Origin: Smithellaceae bacterium
GTDB taxonomy: Bacteria > Desulfobacterota > Syntrophia > Syntrophales > Smithellaceae
Reading direction: 5' to 3'
Length of the DNA: 64,000 bases
Assembly: GCA_963667845.2 (NCBI GenBank)
Contig: CAXXVL010000001.1
Span: forward strand, 896,001-960,000
Shown: piece after piece, positions 38,492 through 47,883 of the stretch
Layout: every line of letters starts with the position of its first letter
Position numbering within the stretch: position 1 is the stretch's first letter
The notes under the pieces: generated by a model
Told to the model about the DNA's origin: nothing
The model's input: the letters and a program-made list of their open reading frames with translations, nothing else
The model's database searches: none
Made by a program: the position numbers and the translations under genes

Positions 38492-41059
38492 ATGAAGAAT
38501 TGCCCTTTCTGTGATGAAGAGATCAAGGATAATGCCGTCAAGTGCAAGCACTGCGGATCGATGCTGAACGCGCCGATGGTGGAAGCCCAATCTGCGAATG
38601 CTGATCATAAGGGTTCAATTTCATCATCCGTCCCGGACCCTTTTGACGATGGGGCACGCGGAACCACCACCTTTATTGGTCCCGGCTATAAGATAGAAGA
38701 CCGCTACGAGATCCTGTTCAAACTGGGAGAAGGGGGCATGGGGCAAGTGTTCCTGACGCAGGATACCCAGTTGGATAATGAACCCAGAGCCATTAAGATA
38801 TTACCGGACCAGGTGCGCAATGATTTCAAGGCAGTGAACCGATTGAAGGATGAAGCCAAGATTACCATGTCGCTTTCCCACCCGAATATCGTGAAGCTGT
38901 ATAACTATGGCAATGACGGGAAAGTACACTACCTGATCATGGAATATGTGAACGGGATCGACTTACTTACTTATACGGCCTTAAAAGGGAAGATAGCAGA
39001 GAAAGAAGTAAGAAGGATCGGGATAGAAGTAGCCAAAGCATTACAGATAGCCCATGAATACAGACACCATAATAATGATAAAGGCATCATCCACCGGGAC
39101 ATCAAGCCGGCCAATATCCTGCTGGAGTCCAGAGACTTGGACATCAAAGCCATCAAAAGCAAGGGAACAAACCTGCAACAAAAAGATATACAAGATTTAA
39201 CAGGCGCCACGGTAAAGCTGACCGACTTCGGGATAGCTCGTCAGGTAAGAGAGAGCATGAGCCGTTACAGCCGGGGAGACACATCAGGCACCCTTTTGTA
39301 CATGTCACCGGAGCAGTATGAAAACAGAGGCGTGGACCATCGAAGTGATTTGTACTCATTGGGAGTGACCCTTTATGAATTACTCTCCGGAGATCCTCCT
39401 TTTACCGGAGAGAGTATTTCCTACCAGATCATGAGCAGGAAACCCGATCCGATCGAAGGGATCAGCGACGAATTCAACACGATCATCCTGAAACTGTTGG
39501 AGAAGGACAAGGAGAAACGCTACCGCGTCGCGGGAGAGCTGATCTCTCGTCTTTCTGGTAAAGCCGATAAGGCAATGGGGACAATAGAAACAGAGGAAAG
39601 AAAGAAGAAGCCGGAAGAAGAATACAAGAGAAATGTTCAGAGTAAAACACCTTTAGCGGATGAAGAAAAGGAATTGATCACATGTGTTATTTGTAAAGGG
39701 ACATCAAAAGCAGAGTGTCTTTCATGTGAAAACGGTGAATGTTCCCGGTGCGAAGGAAGCGGGAAATGTTGGTGGTGTAATGATGGTGAACGAGAGGACT
39801 GCGACGAATGCAATAACACCGGAAAATGTGAAGAATGTGGCGGGACGGGTAAATGTAATATTTGTAAAGGCACAATGCTGGCGGAATGTCCGGGTTGTGG
39901 TGGCACGAAATTAGTTAATAGGGATAAGTTATGGAGGGTTCTTTTTGATAAATATGCCAATGAGGGAATCGTTAAAGGTATTATCAGATTCGTTCCCCTT
40001 GCGTATAACATATTACATGAGAAGGACAAGTTAGATGCCGGCAACTATATTTTTGAAAAATTATTATACTTTAAATTTCCAAAGAATGAACTTGAAAAAC
40101 TTGCCCGCATTATAAAAACTGACATCAGCATGAAGCGCGGGAAATGCAGATTGTGTAATAAAGATGGCGGATTAATGAGCGAAGAGGAAGCCGGTGACTA
40201 CGTCTGTTATGATTGCAGTCATCCGGAGACGAACTTCTCCAAGGATGATCCTTTCGGAAGCCTGCCAGATTTACCGGATCTGCCGTACATTAATAATATA
40301 AAAATAGAACGGTTGACTGACGATAATAAGAAAAAGCAATTCGAGGTTAAAAGATTAATTAATGTTGTAAATAATGTAATTTGCTTAAAAAAGAAATATT
40401 CTCTTGTGGTAATTAACATTCCGAAAAAAAATAATTACGCGCTGGTGAAAGTATTTAAAACTACAACAAATGCTCAATGGTCAAGTTCCCTTGAGGAGGA
40501 TATCCTTTGGGGTGGTTCATCCATATTCATACCATTGGTGTATGATGTATCCTGGAAAGAAATGTGTGACGTTAAAAAGGATATTGAAGCTGTTGGCGGT
40601 ATTACCAAAGTATTGTCCGATAAGAAATATTATCAGTTTATTCCACCAAATCCACATTCCAATAAAATATTCCTGAAAGAAATTGGCAATAACAAAATGG
40701 CCCTGATAAAACTTATAAAGAAAGTAACCGGATTGGATCTACGGAAAATTCATGAGGAGATAAGAAAATTACCATGGGCTTTACCTGATAATATTGTTTA
40801 CGATAAAGATCTTGCAAAAAGATTTAAAGACTTAGGCGCAATAATTGAATCCAAAGAAGTATCTTGTATATGCTTTGCATTGCACCCAGGAAAAGCAAAT
40901 CCATCTCCGCCGGTTGGGTGGCTGAGTTCTCTTGGAATCGATGTGATGAAATTTTGTTTAAAATTCAACGAGGTCACAAAAGAGATGTCTTGTAAATGGG
41001 TGATTGTTAAAGTTGAAAAGAAAATCAATGGTTCAAGTGGATTGACAATATTTACATAA
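38492..41059 (+). CDS. Kinase K4: Zn-ribbon + kinase + DnaJ-type CxxCxGxG Zn finger + L7/L12-CTD-like (x1-2) + L11-NTD-like
   Basis: Kinase domain identical to K1; [70 protein letters not shown].KFN. Confidence 0.85.
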   Translation: [855 protein letters not shown]

Positions 41060-41099
41060 ATTGATTGTGGGCTGCTCAATAGAAATCAATTTATATTCT

Positions 41100-41307
41100 A
41101 TGGCGGTGGATGTAACAGCGATGAGTGGCAGGGACCGGAGGCCAACGCCAAAGAGCTTGAGGGTCTGAGGAAGTTGGAACGCTGCGGATGGCCATTTTCC
41201 GTCTCAGGGAAAGCGCCTACTACGGCATCCCGGAAAACACGCTTGCACTGATCTGGACCGAATTGAAACGGATGGGCATTGAACCGCTGCATGACGGACG
41301 GTCATGA
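41100..41307 (+). pseudogene. Frameshifted remnant of a Vsr/DUF559-like nuclease C-terminus of a helicase fusion
   Basis: With two 1-nt frameshifts it reads MAV-CNSDEWQGPE..LRKLERCGWPF-RLRESAYYGIPENTLALIWTELKRMGIEP. Confidence 0.55.
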
Positions 41308-41309
41308 TC

Positions 41310-41337
41310 TGTATAAAAATGGATTGTGCGTCGTCAA
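41310..41337 (+). promoter_or_regulatory. ECF-type promoter copy
   Basis: TGTATAAA-N14-CGTCAA upstream of the ORF at 41362. Confidence 0.65.
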
Positions 41338-41361
41338 ATATAAAGATACTTTGCCGGGGGT

Positions 41362-42249
41362 GTGATGATGAACGAGATTTTTAATTCCAGACGGATCAGA
41401 ATAGGTCTGGCGGCCTTGATTACGGTGATTTTTATATGCGGTCTTGTGTATTCTGTTTTCAGCGCAGAAACAAAAGGCGCTGCCGATGCAAGAGTTATCC
41501 AAAAGACGGCTGCGTTCTTGCCGGATCAGGACAAAGGGGCATTAAAGGATCGATTAATTTCAGAAGCAAAAGAAGAAGTGATTCTCAAAGCGATCAGCGG
41601 CCTAGTCCATACGGCGGTTATCAAAGTTGAGAAAGCTCGAATTCTTCAATGCATGAAAAAGAATGCCGATGACTTATTCTCCGAATTTGTGATTATTTCA
41701 GAAAAGGAAGAAAACAATTCATATACGGTCTCAATATCCGCAAAAATCAATCAGACTGTGCTGGGATCAAGATTGTATGCCTGTGTCCGCGAAAAACGAG
41801 CGCTCCTGATTATTTCGGAAAAAAAATCAGGCATGACGCAGAAAGATGGCCATATCAGCCCGGCGGTTGTTGAAGTTCTCAAAAAGAAGATGATGAATTT
41901 GTATGATCTTCAGGGCAAGATCAACAAAGCAAGCAAAAAATATGCTGATGCGGCGCGGGAAGGGAGCAGGGATGAAGCATTTATTTTAGGCAGATACTAT
42001 CTTGCCGAATATCTGATTGTCGCTTCAGCAGCCGCCGAATTCAGTGAGCAGGCGATGGATATTTATTCGGCTCGGGCTAGCGGCAGGGTCGAGGTTTACC
42101 GGATCAGGGATCGGAAACAACTGTTTTCGTCCCGGCTGGAGCAGCTCAAGGGCTTTGGAAGCAACAAAGACAAGGCGGTTGACGATGCGCTGAAAGTATG
42201 CGCAAAAGAAATTTCCAAAATAGTTTCAAACGTGTTGGATATAAAATAA
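41362..42249 (+). CDS. Exported/membrane-anchored protein (FlgT/CsgG-like alpha-beta domains, tentative)
   Basis: N-terminal hydrophobic segment; YTVSISAKIN and LGRYYLAEYLIVASA..GFG..AVDDAL patterns. Confidence 0.55.
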   Translation: MMMNEIFNSRRIRIGLAALITVIFICGLVYSVFSAETKGAADARVIQKTAAFLPDQDKGALKDRLISEAKEEVILKAISGLVHTAVIKVEKARILQCMKKNADDLFSEFVIISEKEENNSYTVSISAKINQTVLGSRLYACVREKRALLIISEKKSGMTQKDGHISPAVVEVLKKKMMNLYDLQGKINKASKKYADAAREGSRDEAFILGRYYLAEYLIVASAAAEFSEQAMDIYSARASGRVEVYRIRDRKQLFSSRLEQLKGFGSNKDKAVDDALKVCAKEISKIVSNVLDIK

Positions 42250-42289
42250 GAAAGAAAAGCCAGTTGACGGTAGCGGAGTTTCAGGTGAA

Positions 42290-44494
42290 ATGAAGACCTG
42301 CCCTTTTTGCGCGGAAGAGATCAAGGAAGAAGCCATTAAGTGCCGTTATTGCGGGTCGATGGTAAATGAGCCATTGACTGGGAAAAGGGCGCCGGACCCG
42401 TTTGATGAGGCTGGACGGAAGACGGAATCCATCATTGCAGACCCCTTCGACGAAGCACATCAGACTGTCACGATCATAGGAGCAGGCTATAAGATAGAAG
42501 ACCGCTACGAGATCCTGTTCAAACTGGGAGAAGGGGGCATGGGGCAAGTGTTCCTGACGCAGGATACCCAGTTGGATAATGAACCCAGAGCCATTAAGAT
42601 ATTACCGGACCAGGTGCGCAATGATTTCAAGGCAGTGAACCGATTGAAGGATGAAGCCAAGATTACCATGTCGCTTTCCCACCCGAATATCGTGAAGCTG
42701 TATAACTATGGCAATGACGGGAAAGTACACTACCTGATCATGGAATATGTGAACGGGATCGACTTACTTACTTATACGGCCTTAAAAGGGAAGATAGCAG
42801 AGAAAGAAGTAAGAAGGATCGGGATAGAAGTAGCCAAAGCATTACAGATAGCCCATGAATACAGACACCATAATAATGATAAAGGCATCATCCACCGGGA
42901 TATCAAGCCGGCCAATATCCTGCTGGAGTCCAGAGACTTGGACATCAAAGCCATCAAAAGCAAGGGAACAAACCTGCAACAAAAAGATATACAAGATTTA
43001 ACAGGCGCCACGGTAAAGCTGACCGACTTCGGGATCGCCCGGCAGGTAAGAGAGAGCATGAGCCGTTACAGCCGGGGAGACACATCAGGCACCCTTTTGT
43101 ACATGTCACCGGAGCAGTATGAAAACAGAGGCGTGGACCATCGAAGTGATTTGTACTCATTGGGAGTGACCCTTTATGAATTACTCTCCGGAGATCCTCC
43201 TTTTACCGGAGAGAGTATTTCCTACCAGATCATGAGCAGGAAACCCGAGCCCATAGCAGGCATCAGCGATGAATTAAACGCCATCATTCTGAAACTGTTG
43301 GAGAAGGACAAGGATAAGCGATACGCCAACGCAAATGAACTGATTGCTCATTTGTCCGGTAAAGCCGAAAAGACCGTAAAACAAAAGGCAGAGAGAAAAC
43401 CTGAGAGGCAGGAGATAAAACAGGAAGAAAACAGTCAGGAAGAAGCAAAGGGCAAGATTGAAACCCTCGCAACAGAGAAAAAAGAACCGGCCTTAGTCAA
43501 GTGTCGGGAATGCGGCAGACGGAGGAAGCAGGAAGACACGTTTGAGTGCCGGATCTGCAAGCGGGATTATCTATGCAATGACCATTATGTGAAAGACATC
43601 CGGGCCTGTGAGACATGCCGAGATGCAGACGATGAGCTATGGGCAACCTATCTTGAGAGACGGGATTATGAAGGATACATCAAGAAAAGCGATATAAAAC
43701 TACACGCAAAGGAAGCCAGGGAAGCACAGGCCAACCAACTCAAGGAAGAAAAAGAGGAAGCACGTCGCAGAGAAGCTGAAAAAAAGCGTCAGCAGGTGCT
43801 AAAAGAAAAAGAAGCTGCTGAACGGAAAGCCAGAGAAGAGGATGCAAAAAAGCAGTTTACCTCCCCCACACTGAATGCGAAGTTTGTGTTGATACCCGCA
43901 GGCACATTTATGATGGGATCACTTAAAAATGAAGAAGATCGATATGATGATGAAACCCAGCATCGGGTGACTATTTCGAAGCCGTTTTACATGCAGACGA
44001 CGCCCGTGACACAGGGGCAGTGGCAGAGTGTTATGAGAGATAATCCTTCATACTTTAAAGGGAACGATCAATTACCGGTAGAATGTGTATCATGGGATGA
44101 TGTTCAGGAATTTATCAAGAAGTTAAATAAAATGGAAGGAACGGATAAGTATCGGTTACCGACGGAAGCGGAATGGGAATATGCGGCAAGAGCAGGAACC
44201 ACAGGCGCCAGATATGGGGAGATAGATGAGATTGCCTGGTATAATGAAAACTCGGATGGCAAAACCCACCCGGTAGGCGAAAAAGCCCCGAATGCGTGGG
44301 GCTTGTATGACATGCTGGGGAATGTCTGGGAGTGGGCTCAGGACTTGTATGAAAGATTTTCGATGTTCTTCCGTATGAATCGCGGCGGCAGCTGGGATAA
44401 CTTCGCCAGTTTCTGCCGCGCGGCGAATCGTGGCAACGACAATCCGGACAACCGCGGCAACAATCTGGGGTTTCGCCTCGTCAGGGCACTTTAG
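42290..44494 (+). CDS. Kinase K5: Zn-ribbon + kinase + Cys/His Zn finger + FGE-sulfatase
   Basis: Type I cassette; CREC..CRIC..LCNDH..CETC; FGE motifs ending RGGSW..[8 protein letters not shown]. Confidence 0.9.
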   Translation: [734 protein letters not shown]

Positions 44495-44705
44495 GTTTTG
44501 GCTTTTTACCTTTTGGAGGGGTAAGTTGAAGTAGTCTGTTTGTGCTGGAGCCATCAGGCTGATGGCACCGAAAAGCTCCGTTTCAAACGAAGGACGATTG
44601 AACCAGCAAAGGATCGGCAAAGAAAAACCAAGCCCGCCGCCGCAGCCGTCTGATCGGCGGCTTCGGCGGTATGGATAAGAAATTTAGATTTACCGGAGAT
44701 AATTA

Positions 44706-47700
44706 ATGAAGGACTGCCCTTTTTGCGCGGAAGAGATCAAGGAAGAAGCCATTAAGTGCCGTTATTGCGGGTCGATGGTAAATGAGCCATTGCCCAGGAA
44801 AGGGGCGCCGGACCCGTTTGATGAGGCTGGACGGAAGACGGAATCCATCATTGCAGACCCCTTCGACGAAGCACATCAGACTGTCACGATCATAGGAGCA
44901 GGCTATAAGATAGAAGACCGCTACGAGATCCTGTTCAAACTGGGAGAAGGGGGCATGGGGCAAGTGTTCCTGACGCAGGATACCCAGTTGGATAATGAAC
45001 CCAGAGCCATTAAGATATTACCGGACCAGGTGCGCAATGATTTCAAGGCAGTGAACCGATTGAAGGATGAAGCCAAGATTACCATGTCGCTTTCCCACCC
45101 GAATATCGTGAAGCTGTATAACTATGGCAATGACGGGAAAGTACACTACCTGATCATGGAATATGTGAACGGGATCGACTTACTTACTTATACGGCCTTA
45201 AAAGGGAAGATAGCAGAGAAAGAAGTAAGAAGGATCGGGATAGAAGTAGCCAAAGCATTACAGATAGCCCATGAATACAGACACCATAATAATGATAAAG
45301 GCATCATCCACCGGGACATCAAGCCGGCCAATATCCTGCTGGAGTCCAGAGACTTGGACATCAAAGCCATCAAAAGCAAGGGAACAAACCTGCAACAAAA
45401 AGATATACAAGATTTAACAGGCGCCACGGTAAAGCTGACCGACTTCGGGATAGCTCGTCAGGTAAGAGAGAGCATGAGCCGTTACAGCCGGGGAGACACA
45501 TCAGGCACCCTTTTGTACATGTCACCGGAGCAGTATGAAAACAGAGGCGTGGACCATCGAAGTGATTTGTACTCATTGGGAGTGACCCTTTATGAATTAC
45601 TCTCCGGAGATCCTCCTTTTACCGGAGAGAGTATTTCCTACCAGATCATGAGCAGGAAACCCGATCCGATCGAAGGGATCAGCGACGAATTCAACACGAT
45701 CATCCTGAAACTGTTGGAGAAGGACAAGGAGAAGCGCTATCCCAACGCGGCGGAACTAATTGCCCAACTCTTCGGGAAAGCCGACAAAACCTTAAAGCAC
45801 AAGAGTAATGAGCCGCAGGAGGACAAGCAGGAAGCCTCCCGGGAGAAACCGGAAGCATTCGGCGGGGATTGTTTTGTGACCATCCGGACCAGTGAAGACT
45901 GCCAGATCTGGATCGACGGACAACATGCCGGAGATACAAAGAACAAGAGCATCGTATTTAAGGACTTAAGAAGCGGCAAGCATAATATAGAAGGAAGGAC
46001 ACCCTATCTTCGTGCTGTTATTGAAGAAGACTTCAAGCCGAAAGATGTCAAGAAGATTAATCTGGACCTGAAAGAAATATTATGTGAACTGCGAGCCATT
46101 TCGGACGGGATCGAGTACGAGCTGACCATCGACGGGAAGACCCACGAATGCCCGGCCATAATTCAAGAAATCACGGCGGGCCGGAAGCAGATGACCGTTA
46201 AAACAAAAGACATCACCTTTACCGAAGAGATCGACATCAAGTCGGAATCCGAAAACGAATATGACCTGACGTCGGAGCGGATAGCTGAAAGGAAAAAAAG
46301 GCTGATCAGCGGGATCAAGGGTATATTAGAAAAAGCGATTGAGACAAGAGCAGTAACAGGAAGCAATATAGACGGAAAAATAGACGAACTGGCGAGACTG
46401 GACAGTGAGGAAGGCAAAACCTACAAAGACACAGTCAGGGCCTTGCGCAGCCAGATCGAAGAAGAGAAACGGAAGACAGAAGACAGGAATTGGCAGAAAA
46501 CGCAGAAGCAGGGGACAATCGAAGCCTATACCACTTACATCAATGAATACCCCAGGAGCCTCTACGTGAAAGATGCGCAAACCGCAGTCAAGAATATCGA
46601 GTGTGAGGAAAAGGAAAGAAGTCGTTATGAAGACGAGCAATACTGTCAGAAACCAGAGGATTACTGGCGGGAGGCAGAAGCACGCAAAGAAGAAGATAAG
46701 GCATGGGTTGAATGTCAGAAGCACCGAAGCATCTCAAGGTATAAGACTTACCTAGGGGTATATCCGCATGGTCGATATGTCCTGGGTGCAAATCGAGGAA
46801 TTGCTGAACTTAAGGAACAAGAGAGGAAGAAGCGGGGAGAGGAAGTTAAAAATAAAGTGCTACAAAAAGAAGAGCAGTCCTGGCAGAAGGCAAGAGAGAG
46901 CAATAACATAGAGGATTACTGGCGGGAGGCAGAAGCACGTAAAGAAGAAGATAATGCATGGGTTGAATGTCAGAGGAAGCGAAGCATTTCCGCATATGAG
47001 GATTACCTGGAGAACTATCCCCGGGGGCGCTATGTATTGGGTGCAAATCAAGGCATTACTGAACTTAGGGAAGACGAGAGAAAGAAGCGGGAAGAAGAAT
47101 CGAAAATAAAGTTTACCTCCCCCACACTGAATGCGAAGTTTGTGTTGATTCCAGCGGGGACGTTTACCATGGGATCACCTAAATTTGAAGAAGGACGATA
47201 TGGTAGCGAACCGCAGCATCAGGTAACGATAAGCAAGCCTTTTTACATGCAGACCACACCGGTTACACAGGGGCAGTGGAAGGCGATTATGGGTAGTAAT
47301 CCCTCAAACTTCGAAGGTGATGATTTGCCGGTGGAGCAAGCTTCCTGGAATGATGTCCAAGAATTTATCAAGAAACTAAACAAACAGGAAGAAACGGATA
47401 AATACCGGTTACCGACGGAAGCAGAGTGGGAGTATGCGGCAAGAGCGGGGACAACAGATGCGCGATACAGGGATTTGGATGAGATTGCCTGGTATGATGA
47501 AAACTCGGATAAAATAACCCATCCAGTAGGCCAAAAGAGACCGAATGCGTGGGGTTTGTATGACATGCTGGGGAATGTCTTTGAGTGGGTAGATGACTGG
47601 TACGAGGATTACCCAACCGGCCCTGTTACCGACCCGAAAGGTCCGTCAACAGGCTCCTTCCTGGTGAATCGCGGCGGCAGCTGGGACAGCGATGCCAGGT

Positions 47701-47780
47701 GCTGCCGCGCAGCGTACCGCGGCCTCACCCCGGTTGACCGCGACCGCGATCTGGGTTTTCGCATCGCCAGGACATATTAG
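44706..47780 (+). CDS. Kinase K6: Zn-ribbon + kinase + PEGA-like + Y..YL..YP.G.Y repeats + FGE-sulfatase
   Basis: First ~585 aa nearly identical to K1; internal duplicated [14 protein letters not shown] block; FGE C-terminus. Confidence 0.9.
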   Translation: [1024 protein letters not shown]

Positions 47781-47883
47781 GTTTTACATTTTTACCTTTT
47801 GGCCTCAGGCCGCTGAATCCGTCACGAAAGTCAGCGGCCTGCAAGATGCTGAGATGGTTGTTCCGAAATGTGCCGGTTCAAGT

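Noticed and set aside
40661..41059. Genuine rplL/rplK ribosomal protein genes
   Set aside because: The segments are in frame within a kinase ORF, are divergent, lack the L11 RNA-binding C-domain and the L12 N-domain, and have no nusG/rplA/rplJ context.
44372..44494. AAC/AAT-rich stretch as the DGR template repeat
   Set aside because: It is the in-frame 3' end of K5 and has non-A bases at many variable positions (GAT, TTC, GGC, GAC). It fits a lightly mutated VR better, and no adjacent RT or Avd gene exists.
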